Shown: piece by piece, positions 54,559-62,662 of the stretch | Numbering within the stretch: position 1 is the first letter of the stretch | How the letters are laid out: each line of letters begins with the position of its first letter | Source of the DNA: a virus | DNA length: 64,000 nucleotides | Strand: one strand, 5' to 3' | Virus record (IMG/VR): IMGVR_UViG_3300028844_006119 | Coordinates: 78,187-142,186 of that record | Translations under genes and position numbers: made by a program | Notes under the pieces: generated by a model | The model's database searches: none | Told to the model about the DNA's origin: nothing | Seen by the model: only the letters and a program-made list of their open reading frames with translations

Positions 54559-54984
54559 TCACAGCCCGAGAATGTGGGTAGCCGCAGGCCCTGCGGTGTC
54601 CTTTACCTTGCCGTACCACTCCCCGAATAGGTGGCTCGGCACATTCTGTTCCCAGTACGTGGCCATATCCGCCACTCTGGGGTTCTTTTTGATTGCCGGG
54701 ATAAGGGATTTTGCTGCTTCTGCCTTACCTAGGCCCTTAGCGGTCGCCATGGCGAACTCCGGCCCCATCGCTAAGACTTCTGGTCGGGCAGCATTGTGGG
54801 CTGCCGTGTTCAATCTGTTCACTCTCTCTGGGTTCAGCGCCCCGCCGGGGCCGAACAGCTTCCCGTATCCCCTAGCCGTGCTGCCTCGGATACCTGGAGA
54901 GTTCCAGTGTTTTACGGCAAAGCCTGGGCTGATGGCCTGCTTCTCAAGCTCGTCCCTAAAGAAGTGAAGGACATCGGGGTGCAT
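54559..54984 (-). CDS. Leader-bearing (VLHFFRDELEKQA) protein; start may be further upstream (ORF open to 55164)
   Basis: Leader matches 44409/44693 at VLHFF.DE.EK.A; AAGGAAGG before ATG 54984. Confidence 0.65.
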   Translation of the reverse strand: MHPDVLHFFRDELEKQAISPGFAVKHWNSPGIRGSTARGYGKLFGPGGALNPERVNRLNTAAHNAARPEVLAMGPEFAMATAKGLGKAEAAKSLIPAIKKNPRVADMATYWEQNVPSHLFGEWYGKVKDTAGPAATHILGL

Positions 54985-55173
54985 CCCTTCCTTGTCGAAG
55001 AGGACCAGCTCATCCTTCACGATGGTCCCGTTCTTCTCCTTCTGTACCCGCGCAGCGCCTTTGCCGTTCACTTGGGACCTGCCTGCACGCAAAGACTTTC
55101 TGCCTCTGGGGGTTGCGACCTCTGAGAAGGAGGAGCTGGAAGATTGGTACATGCCGGTCCTCAAGTTTTAGCT

Positions 55174-55205
55174 AAAAAGGGGGCGACAGATAAGTGTCGC
55201 CCCCT
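55174..55205 (-). terminator. Intrinsic terminator after gyrB
   Basis: Minus strand agggggcgaca-cttatc-tgtcgccccct-tttt. Confidence 0.8.
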
Positions 55206-55210
55206 GAGGC

Positions 55211-57103
55211 CTATAAATCTAGCCCAGGATGGGCAATGCCGCTCTGGATGAGAGTGGTCAGTATCTCATATCTCGCCGAGGGATCTTTACCCATCATCGC
55301 AGAGATTACCGCTTCCGTCTCCAATGCTGCTCCGTCCGGGATCTCTACTCGGTTAAGAGTCCTGCCCTCTGGGTCCATTGTGGTCATCTTCAAGATGGAG
55401 GGAGGCATCTCCCCCAGCCCCTTAAACCGGGTGATCTCGGGGGTCCCCTTCTTCTTCTTAAGGAGCCTCTTCAGTGATGCGTCATCGTCAATCCAGAAGG
55501 ACTCTGTCCGGTACGTCACTCGGTATAGCGGAGGGACGGCCAGGTAGACCTTCCCCTCCTCTATGAGCTCCGGCAGGTGCCGGTAGAAGAACGTGAGCGC
55601 CAGAACGGAGATGTGGTGCCCGTCGCTATCCGCGTCCATCAGTAGGACGATCTTCCCGTATCTCAACGAGTTCAGATTGAATGAGTCGCCAATGCCGCAC
55701 CCCATGGCAGTCACAATGTTTCTCAGCTCCTCGTTCTTCATGACCTTGGAGAGCGGAGCACTCTCCGAGTTCAAGATCTTGCCTCGAAGGGGCAGGATGG
55801 CCTGGGTCTTTCTATCCCGGGCCATCTTCGCAGACCCCCCGGCGGAGTCTCCCTCCACCAGGAACAGCTCCGTCTTATCCCGGTCTGTAGAGCTGCAGTC
55901 GGCTAGCTTTCCGGGAAGGATTAGCCTAGACGTGGGCGTGGCCCGTTTGACCTTGACCTTGGCGTCCCTTGCGGCAAGACGGGCCTTTGCAGACTGGATC
56001 ACCCGCAGGACTATGGTGTCCGTCTGACGCTGATTGTCCCGCAGCCACATCTCGAACGGGGCAGACAGGGCCTCATGGACCCGCTTCTTTATCTCCGGAT
56101 TGTTAAGCCTGTCCTTGGTTTGACCCTGGAACTGGGGCTCTTCGACGAATACAGAGATGAACGCCAGCAATCCCTCTCTGATGTCATCCGGGACAACTTT
56201 CAATCGCTTGGGAACACTTGGGTGCTCTCGCATTACGTCTCGGATCTTAGAGACGATGAGGTGATCCAGCCCCTTCTCATGGGTTCCGCCGTCCTGAGTA
56301 GGAATACCATTGGCGAAAGACAGTACGTCGCTTCTGGCCGAGTCGGTCCACACCAGAGAGACCTGAATCCGAGGATCGTCGATGGAAACGGAGAACGGGA
56401 ACTCCGTGACCATCTCATCCTCGGTCTCCTCCAGGGTATGACTTAGGTAATCTCGCAGACCTCCCACAAAGCAGAAGGACTCCTCCTGTCCCTTGTACCG
56501 GAGAGAGAACGTCACGCCCGGAGTTAGGTACGCCTTGACTCGGAGCCTTTCCAGGACCACAGGCATCTTGAACGACAGCTTCCCGAAGATCTCTTCGTCG
56601 GGCACAAAGCGTACAAATGTCCCATGGGCCCTCTTTGGCGCGGACTCCTTCTTCAGTCTCCCCTTCGTCTTGCCTCGCGCGAACCTACGCGTCGCCGTAT
56701 GGCCCCCACGGGTGCTAGCAACTTCCAGTTCCGAGCTGAGCGCATTGACTACGCTCGAGCCTACCCCGTGCAGGCCGCCGGAGGTCTTGTACGCCCCTCC
56801 ACCGAACTTGCCTCCTGCGTGCAGCTTAGTGAAGATGACATCCAAGGCGGACTGCCCCGTCTTGGGATGCTTTCCGTAAGGAATGCCGCGTCCGTTGTCT
56901 GTGACGGACGCCTCTCGCTCCTGCAAGTCGATCTCGATCTTCGTAGCGTGGCCTGCGATGGCCTCATCCACGCTGTTATCCACGATCTCCCACAGTAGGT
57001 GATGGAAGCCGTGGGTGTCTGTGCCTCCGATGTACATACCGGGGCGCTTCCGGACAGCCTCAAGCCCCTCTAGGACTTGGATGTCACTTGCGTCGTAGCT
57101 CAT
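55211..57103 (-). CDS. gyrB: Type IIA topoisomerase B subunit (GyrB/ParE)
   Basis: LEGLEAVRKRPGMYIG, EIVDNSVDE, DNGRGIP, GGLHGVG, EGDSAGG, PLRGKILN, DADSDG, RFKGLGEM; GGAGG RBS before ATG 57103. GyrB vs ParE not resolved. Confidence 0.93.
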   Translation of the reverse strand: MSYDASDIQVLEGLEAVRKRPGMYIGGTDTHGFHHLLWEIVDNSVDEAIAGHATKIEIDLQEREASVTDNGRGIPYGKHPKTGQSALDVIFTKLHAGGKFGGGAYKTSGGLHGVGSSVVNALSSELEVASTRGGHTATRRFARGKTKGRLKKESAPKRAHGTFVRFVPDEEIFGKLSFKMPVVLERLRVKAYLTPGVTFSLRYKGQEESFCFVGGLRDYLSHTLEETEDEMVTEFPFSVSIDDPRIQVSLVWTDSARSDVLSFANGIPTQDGGTHEKGLDHLIVSKIRDVMREHPSVPKRLKVVPDDIREGLLAFISVFVEEPQFQGQTKDRLNNPEIKKRVHEALSAPFEMWLRDNQRQTDTIVLRVIQSAKARLAARDAKVKVKRATPTSRLILPGKLADCSSTDRDKTELFLVEGDSAGGSAKMARDRKTQAILPLRGKILNSESAPLSKVMKNEELRNIVTAMGCGIGDSFNLNSLRYGKIVLLMDADSDGHHISVLALTFFYRHLPELIEEGKVYLAVPPLYRVTYRTESFWIDDDASLKRLLKKKKGTPEITRFKGLGEMPPSILKMTTMDPEGRTLNRVEIPDGAALETEAVISAMMGKDPSARYEILTTLIQSGIAHPGLDL

Positions 57104-57495
57104 CTTGATTCCTCCTTCCAGGATAGGACCAGCCATCCGTGCCTGTCGGACAGCCAGTCAGAGATCCGGACGTCCTCAATGTGGGCGGGGACCAGGATTA
57201 GCTCTGGTAGCTCTACCTCCTCATCATCTGTGTCCCACTCGACCCGGACCAGGGTGTGCTTCTCCAGCACGGCCTCGGTCGTGCGGACCTCGCGGATGAC
57301 TAAAAAGGGCCCATCCTCTCGTAGATTTCGAAGGATGAACTTCTGAGGGCACTCGCCCCCAACCTTCTCGTGCAGGGAGTCCATCTTCATAGCCCCCGCC
57401 GGGGAGGCAGTCAGCTGGAAGGTGTTGCAGTTCTCGACGAAGTTCAACAGAGACTCTGCGTCTGGAAAGTCCACGCACAAACGGTACGTGTCCAT
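57100..57495 (-). CDS. Hypothetical protein
   Basis: AGGAGG RBS; coupled operon. Confidence 0.7.
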   Translation of the reverse strand: MDTYRLCVDFPDAESLLNFVENCNTFQLTASPAGAMKMDSLHEKVGGECPQKFILRNLREDGPFLVIREVRTTEAVLEKHTLVRVEWDTDDEEVELPELILVPAHIEDVRISDWLSDRHGWLVLSWKEESR

Positions 57496-57725
57496 TAGTC
57501 GTCCTCCTTTCGTTCCAGGTCGTCGATCATATTCGCGAGGTCGATTGACCGACCGCCGACCGCGTCTAACGCATCGTGAAGCGCCTTCTTCACGATCTCG
57601 TCTTCCTTGCTTCCTGAGAGGATCTCCAGGCTCTTTGCGATCTTTGCCAGACTCTTTGCGATGCTGGGCATCGTGTGGTCGTAGTGGCGGGCGCCCCTTA
57701 TGGAATGTCCGAATTCTGTAGCCAT
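57495..57725 (-). CDS. Hypothetical protein
   Basis: AGGAGG RBS; first gene after the promoter motif. Confidence 0.7.
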   Translation of the reverse strand: MATEFGHSIRGARHYDHTMPSIAKSLAKIAKSLEILSGSKEDEIVKKALHDALDAVGGRSIDLANMIDDLERKEDD

Positions 57726-57752
57726 TTTAATCCTCCTTTAGGTTCGAAATGG

Positions 57753-57779
57753 TTATGCCTCGGTTTCCGCCGTATTTGA
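57753..57779 (-). promoter_or_regulatory. Phage promoter-like motif (tcaaat-N14-GGCATAA) for the gyrB operon
   Basis: 28 nt upstream of ATG 57725. Confidence 0.6.
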
Positions 57780-57874
57780 CCGCCCCCTACTTTCGGTTTA
57801 TTGTCCGAAGTCCTCGTTAAATGTTCGAGGCTTCAAGCATCTGCGAAGATGCCCAATCCTAAATAGGAGGAAGC

Positions 57875-58105
57875 ATGTCAGTTGTTTCTGACTTTCTAAA
57901 GAAGCACAAGATCACCCTGGGTGTTGTCGGGACCACTTTGGTTATCGGAACCGCTTACGGTTCTTGCCAGATGACCCCTTCCCTTCCCGCAGAGGACGCG
58001 CCCGCTGAGCAGACTGCTCAGGAAGAAGCTCCCGCAGAGGAAGAGGCTACAGAAGCTCCCGCAGAGGAAGCAGCTCCCGCCGTGCCCTCGGAGGAGAGCG
58101 AGTAG
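57875..58105 (+). CDS. Small membrane-anchored/lipoprotein-like protein with acidic EEAPA repeats
   Basis: AGGAGG RBS; KKHK + hydrophobic helix + GSC; followed by hairpin. Confidence 0.75.
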   Translation: MSVVSDFLKKHKITLGVVGTTLVIGTAYGSCQMTPSLPAEDAPAEQTAQEEAPAEEEATEAPAEEAAPAVPSEESE

Positions 58106-58120
58106 CACCTAAAGAGAAGT

Positions 58121-58146
58121 AGGGTGGGGCCAAGTGGCCCCACCCT
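58121..58146. terminator. Hairpin terminator between convergent genes
   Basis: agggtggggcca-ag-tggccccaccct. Confidence 0.7.
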
Positions 58147-58150
58147 TGTC

Positions 58151-58450
58151 TCATTCTTCCCCAAGGGAGGCCTTCTCCACGAGGACCAGGCGATCCCACT
58201 CCGCAAGCAACTCCGTCAGATCGGCGGAGTCCGTAGTGTTGAGAGCATGCTCCAGCGCCTGCGTAGCGTGTCGGTTGAACTCGAAGTCATTCTTGATCCC
58301 GGAGATCACCAACGCGGCAGGGTTCTCGCCCTTGGTGTCAAGCCACCAGCTCAAAGCGCTCAGCAGACGCTCCATTCCGTCCTGTCTGTCTCGCCAGCGC
58401 ATGTCTAGGCACGCGCTGACGAGTTCTTTCTCTACGTCTATTTTAGGCAC
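58151..58450 (-). CDS. Hypothetical protein (start GTG 58450)
   Basis: Overlaps stop of 58443..58667; GAGGAG upstream. Confidence 0.55.
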   Translation of the reverse strand: MPKIDVEKELVSACLDMRWRDRQDGMERLLSALSWWLDTKGENPAALVISGIKNDFEFNRHATQALEHALNTTDSADLTELLAEWDRLVLVEKASLGEE

Positions 58451-58667
58451 ACTCACACTCCTCGAAGGCGCAGCCACAGTCGTGGCATGCGCCCTGAATC
58501 CCTCCTCCAGAGAAGAAGAGGTCTGATTTTGGAAGGATGCCTGCCTCGGATGTGGAGACCCACATGCTGACAGGCGCACTCTCGGAGGGGTGATGAAAGG
58601 ACACTCGTGCCCTGTCCCCCCGCACCTCATGTACTGAGGCGAGAAACTTTCCCCACAGCAGATGCAT
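58443..58667 (-). CDS. Small protein with C-terminal Cys cluster
   Basis: AGGAG RBS; CHDCGC...CEC. Confidence 0.6.
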   Translation of the reverse strand: MHLLWGKFLASVHEVRGDRARVSFHHPSESAPVSMWVSTSEAGILPKSDLFFSGGGIQGACHDCGCAFEECECA

Positions 58668-58675
58668 GTGTTCTC

Positions 58676-59122
58676 CTAGTTCATTTCGTTGATCATGGCG
58701 GCAGCTCGGACTAGTCCTGCCTCCCTGGCTATTGCAAACTTCTGAGACGCGGCGCGGACCTCTTTGAGGCCCATCACTGCCTTCTCAATCTCTTCCCTGC
58801 TGGAGTCCACGCTATTGAGGACGGACTCGCACTCTAGAACCTTGGCCTTCATGTCTATCAACCCTTTGTGGATGAAGCCGTTCTTCTCTAGCCATTCGGC
58901 GTAGGTAGGATCGTCCTGGGCAAGCATCTGGGCCACGGCCTTTGCCACGGACTCGACCCCCTGGGCAAACTCCGGGTCCTCGGCCATACGGACCTCTACC
59001 TCCATCACCTTCCCGTAGCCGTCCGCAAGTTCTCCGTGGCCGTTCATGGCCCGCCACACATCGAAAAGGCCAGGCCAGCGCTTATCTAGAGCTTCTAGGT
59101 CTGCGATTGGATCATTCTTCAT
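58676..59122 (-). CDS. Hypothetical protein
   Basis: AAGGAG RBS before ATG 59122. Confidence 0.65.
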   Translation of the reverse strand: MKNDPIADLEALDKRWPGLFDVWRAMNGHGELADGYGKVMEVEVRMAEDPEFAQGVESVAKAVAQMLAQDDPTYAEWLEKNGFIHKGLIDMKAKVLECESVLNSVDSSREEIEKAVMGLKEVRAASQKFAIAREAGLVRAAAMINEMN

Positions 59123-59465
59123 CGCTTTTCTCCTTGGGCGTAAAGCCCTCACAGGTTGATTCACAGGGTCCGAGGATCTGCAGGTCCGCGCACCCATAGG
59201 TGCTGCTGGGCAGCACCATGAGGAAGCACCCGTGGGTGCAATCCATACAGAGTTGGGAGGATGGCCACATGACCAGGGTCATTTCCCCCAAGGCCGGTAG
59301 ACCGGCACCGCTCAGGCCATCCTGGATGTCCCGCAGAGCCATCTTCCCGTACATCTTGGTGATCTCCCGAAGGGAGAGCTCATATAGGGACTCTACGTCC
59401 TCGATCCCATCTCGAGCCAGCCTCTCTGTGAGCTCAGGCCCCGCAACAGCCATCATGGTCATCAT
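59112..59465 (-). CDS. RNA polymerase alpha-CTD-like (HhH) domain fused to a Cys-rich domain
   Basis: LARDGIEDVESLYELSLREITKMYGKMALRDIQDGLSGAGL resembles alphaCTD L...GI..IGDL......L.K...GKKSL.EI...L...GL. Confidence 0.55.
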   Translation of the reverse strand: MMTMMAVAGPELTERLARDGIEDVESLYELSLREITKMYGKMALRDIQDGLSGAGLPALGEMTLVMWPSSQLCMDCTHGCFLMVLPSSTYGCADLQILGPCESTCEGFTPKEKSDEE

Positions 59466-59983
59466 GGTCGCATCCTCATAATGAATATCTCCGCCACAAC
59501 CAGGGTTCCGTCCCGACTCTCCCCTTCGACGAAGATCGCCATAGCCACCTCAACATTTTCGGGGGCAGACATATGGATGTTTACGTTCTCCTTGAACAGT
59601 GCCCGAAGGGCCAAGTTCGTCTCTGTCCAGAACTTCAGCTGCATCAGAGAGTCACAAAACTCATCGTCCTGCCTTATCTCCCTGGCACGCTCCACTGCCT
59701 TCGTGATGTCGGGCAGTCGAGCTTCTGTTTCTTCTGGGTACTCGCCTGTCTTCATCCACCCCTTGAGGGCGCCAAGCTCATAGGCGATGACGAAGTCATC
59801 CAGTTCAAACTCCTGGTTGTTCATTGTAATTTGGATGGCCGTGTGCCCGTTCGTGGCCTCCATTACCAGCGACGGGGAGCCGCTCTCGGATCGGACCTGT
59901 ATCAGGCTCAGATCTTCTCTGTCCTTTCCTCCGCAGAAGTGCGTGCATGCCTTTACTGCGCAGGGGAGTAGTAGTTCGTCCAT
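59462..59983 (-). CDS. Hypothetical protein, weak similarity to a sliding-clamp domain
   Basis: REDLSLIQV...VMEATNGHTAIQI resembles the beta-clamp ATDGHRL element. Confidence 0.45.
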   Translation of the reverse strand: MDELLLPCAVKACTHFCGGKDREDLSLIQVRSESGSPSLVMEATNGHTAIQITMNNQEFELDDFVIAYELGALKGWMKTGEYPEETEARLPDITKAVERAREIRQDDEFCDSLMQLKFWTETNLALRALFKENVNIHMSAPENVEVAMAIFVEGESRDGTLVVAEIFIMRMRP

Positions 59984-59986
59984 CTT

Positions 59987-60385
59987 TTACTTTCTTGTTG
60001 GTGTGATTGTGTAGAAGTCAGAGTGATCCGATTCCTCGTACCGGGACTCCACGACGGTCTCGGATTCGATCATGTGCGGAAGGATGTTTTCGCAGAATGT
60101 GCGAATCTCATCCTGGTAGTTCTTGAGGGAGCACAGCACCTCCCAGGAGGCTCCCTTGAGTCTGGAGTACTGCTCTTCCTCCCCGGCCCATCCTCCGAGA
60201 TAGCAGAGAGAGCCCCAGGGAATGAAGTCGCAGCGGCCAACTCGTACCCAGTCCGCGAGCCAGGGGACATCGAACTTCTCGGCCGCTTCGTGCCACCCTC
60301 GACTCTGCCTGTCTTCCTGGCACCAAGAGATGACCTCTCGGGCTTCTTCTGTTACTTGTGCTTGAAACCGCACTCCGGTGTACAT
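59987..60385 (-). CDS. Hypothetical protein
   Basis: First gene after the promoter motif; MGMYT/MYTG...SLKNY..EI..F-type phage ORF. Confidence 0.7.
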   Translation of the reverse strand: MYTGVRFQAQVTEEAREVISWCQEDRQSRGWHEAAEKFDVPWLADWVRVGRCDFIPWGSLCYLGGWAGEEEQYSRLKGASWEVLCSLKNYQDEIRTFCENILPHMIESETVVESRYEESDHSDFYTITPTRK

Positions 60386-60430
60386 TCCGATGGGAGACTC
60401 CCAGTTAGTTAGAGTTTACGTTCAATATCC

Positions 60431-60456
60431 TTATGACCCAAAAAGAGCCCTTTTGG
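60431..60456 (-). promoter_or_regulatory. Phage promoter-like motif (ccaaaa-N13-GTCATAA)
   Basis: 46 nt upstream of ATG 60385. Confidence 0.55.
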
Positions 60457-60463
60457 AGTAGAA

Positions 60464-61009
60464 ATGGCCGAGTCACTAGACGACCTAATTAATGCGATTC
60501 AGCACGCCGTCATTGAGGCACAGGAGATCGCGGAAGATCACCACATTGACCTAGTGGGGCGGTTCTTCGAGGAAGATGAAGAAACGGGAAAGACCCGCGC
60601 CGTTACGCAGGATGTGTGGGTTCCCAGCCCTGGCGGAGAGGACATTATGATCAAAGTGCCCCTCATGACTTTGGCGTCACTGGGAGCAATGAAGATTAAA
60701 GAATTGAAAGTGGAGTTCGAGGCCAAGCTTTCTTCCTTGGATACGGACGAGGCAGATGAGCCCCAGGAGAGGGAATCTAAGCCCCAAAAGAAGGCAGAGA
60801 GGGCCCCACTCGCCCAAAGAGCGAGGAAGGGAGCGTTCTCCCAGAAGATCGGAAGGCGCCGAGGGCGGCGCATGGCGTTAGACTTCAAGCGCGGCGCTGC
60901 CCCCGCAGACGACGCCACAGTTGCTAAGATAAGCATCACCTTCGAAGGAACAGAGCCACCAGAAGGTGTGATCCGGCTCAACAATCAAGTCTTAAAGACA
61001 ATTCCATAG
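60464..61009 (+). CDS. DUF2589-like protein
   Basis: LINAIQHAV..AQ; KVPLMTL...IKELKVEFE; PPEGVIRL. Confidence 0.7.
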   Translation: MAESLDDLINAIQHAVIEAQEIAEDHHIDLVGRFFEEDEETGKTRAVTQDVWVPSPGGEDIMIKVPLMTLASLGAMKIKELKVEFEAKLSSLDTDEADEPQERESKPQKKAERAPLAQRARKGAFSQKIGRRRGRRMALDFKRGAAPADDATVAKISITFEGTEPPEGVIRLNNQVLKTIP

Positions 61010-61018
61010 GGCATACAA

Positions 61019-61657
61019 ATGGCTAACGAAATCGTGAATATGGGAGATCAATTCTCCGGACTTCCAATGGCGGACCTCATCGGTGCTCCCCTGCTGGCAG
61101 CGTGCGACGCGCAGGTGATCCTGGCGAAGGCTGCAGCAGACTTCATCGACCAGGTCGGCCTGAACTCTGAGGATGGATCGGAGAATAAGGTTGCCCGTAC
61201 TGTCGATTTCAGTATGAGCCGTCCGGCCCAGAACCCTGATGGATCCTCTACTCAAGAGGACATTTCCATCCAGGCCCCTCTTCTCGCTCTCGTCAACGTG
61301 CCTTCCCTCTCAGTGAAGGAGGTCTCCATTGATTTCGAGATGGAGGTCAAGTCTTCCTTCCAGGAGAAGAGCTCTAAGGACGTAAAGGCTGGAGTAGAGG
61401 CTTCCGCTTCTGCGGGATGGGGATGGGGTAAGGCCAGTGTGCGAGTGACGGGCTCTGTGGCCAGCCACAAGGAGAGTGCCCGCAGCTCAGACAACAGTGC
61501 TAAGTACACAGTCCACGTCGCAGCGCGCGATGACGGGCCTCCTGAGGGATTGAGCCGTCTGCTGGACATCATGGCAACAGCTGTTGCTCCGGTGCAGAAG
61601 TCTCTTCCTGCCGAGCCTGCTCCGGTCACCACATCGACTACTAAAAAGAAGAACTAA
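61019..61657 (+). CDS. DUF2589-like protein
   Basis: FSGLPMADLIGAPLLAACDAQ..LA; APLLALVNVPSL.V.EV.IDFEMEVK; DNSAKY.VHV.A...PPEGLSRLLDI. Confidence 0.8.
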   Translation: MANEIVNMGDQFSGLPMADLIGAPLLAACDAQVILAKAAADFIDQVGLNSEDGSENKVARTVDFSMSRPAQNPDGSSTQEDISIQAPLLALVNVPSLSVKEVSIDFEMEVKSSFQEKSSKDVKAGVEASASAGWGWGKASVRVTGSVASHKESARSSDNSAKYTVHVAARDDGPPEGLSRLLDIMATAVAPVQKSLPAEPAPVTTSTTKKKN

Positions 61658-61666
61658 AAGCTTCAA

Positions 61667-61697
61667 AGAAGACGGCCCCCGAAAGGGGCCGTCTTCT
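61667..61697. terminator. Bidirectional terminator
   Basis: agaagacggcccc-cgaaa-ggggccgtcttct between convergent genes. Confidence 0.75.
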
Positions 61698-61703
61698 CGT
61701 CTC

Positions 61704-62585
61704 TCAGCTTTCTTCCTCTCCCATGGCGTCCCAATCAGGACTTCCTGGGAACATCGGAAGCCGGTACTTGGGGGAGAGCCTACGAAGCTTCTTCCCTCGG
61801 ATCTCTGCCTTCCATGCGTAGGCCAGCCACGTCATGAACTCATCATGCGTGATCCGGAAGCCCTTGTGCCGGTACTGTAGGATCCTCTCTCGTAGCGCCA
61901 GGGCCGGAGAACCCTCCTCGAGGCCGATTCCTGTCAGGTACTTCTCGAAGAAGGTGTCTGCCTTCTCCTTGTTCCAGCTGCGCATGTAGACGTACATGGC
62001 GATGGAGGGCCCGGAATGGCACCGAACCCCACTCTGGCTCTTGTGCGAAAAGTACGCAGCCAGGCATTCCTGAATAGCAGGCACTTCTTCGAGAAGGTCG
62101 TACACTTCCGAGTTGGAAGGGCTTGATGCCCGAGTGAGGATCCTTCGCCTTCCTCCTTCCATCCGCCAGTAGGCGGAGCACGCCGCGGCGAGGTCACGTC
62201 CCCTCTTGTACCCCAGGATGTTGAGTTGACTGCCCCGCGTCCTTCCCATTCCCTGGTCCATGACCAGTTGGGCCCCCTCCTCTACTCCCGTAAACACCAC
62301 ACTCTGGAACGGAGTTTCCGATTCAATGCAGGCCCGGAGGCGGTGCTGGCCGTCCAGCAGCTTCCCACTCTTTGCGAAGCGAATGGCGTCGCCCGTAACC
62401 TTCCAGTTCCCTGCAGCCATGTCCTTCGCGTATCTGGAGATTCTGTGGTTGTTGATCGTACGGTTGTTGAGGTTCTTGTCCAACCAAGACGTGGCCATTT
62501 CTGGAGTTACCCAGATGGCCTTTGCAACCGAGGCTCCTGCCCCCGTTGGTGTCTTCGGTGTCTTCTTTGTCTTCTTTGCGGGCAT
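61704..62585 (-). CDS. ParB/Srx-fold (DGQHR) protein
   Basis: VTPEMATSWL..N.NNR...YAKDMAAG.W...GDAIRF...LLDGQHRL.A. Confidence 0.8.
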   Translation of the reverse strand: MPAKKTKKTPKTPTGAGASVAKAIWVTPEMATSWLDKNLNNRTINNHRISRYAKDMAAGNWKVTGDAIRFAKSGKLLDGQHRLRACIESETPFQSVVFTGVEEGAQLVMDQGMGRTRGSQLNILGYKRGRDLAAACSAYWRMEGGRRRILTRASSPSNSEVYDLLEEVPAIQECLAAYFSHKSQSGVRCHSGPSIAMYVYMRSWNKEKADTFFEKYLTGIGLEEGSPALALRERILQYRHKGFRITHDEFMTWLAYAWKAEIRGKKLRRLSPKYRLPMFPGSPDWDAMGEEES

Positions 62586-62634
62586 GAAAAGCTCCTCTCG
62601 GTAGTTGTAGAGTTACTTTTCTCTACTAAATGCC

Positions 62635-62662
62635 TTATTACTTATTTTCCTCTTCCTTTTCG
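62635..62662 (-). promoter_or_regulatory. Variant of the promoter motif (cgaaaa-N15-GTAATAA)
   Basis: 50 nt upstream of ATG 62585; one mismatch. Confidence 0.45.
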
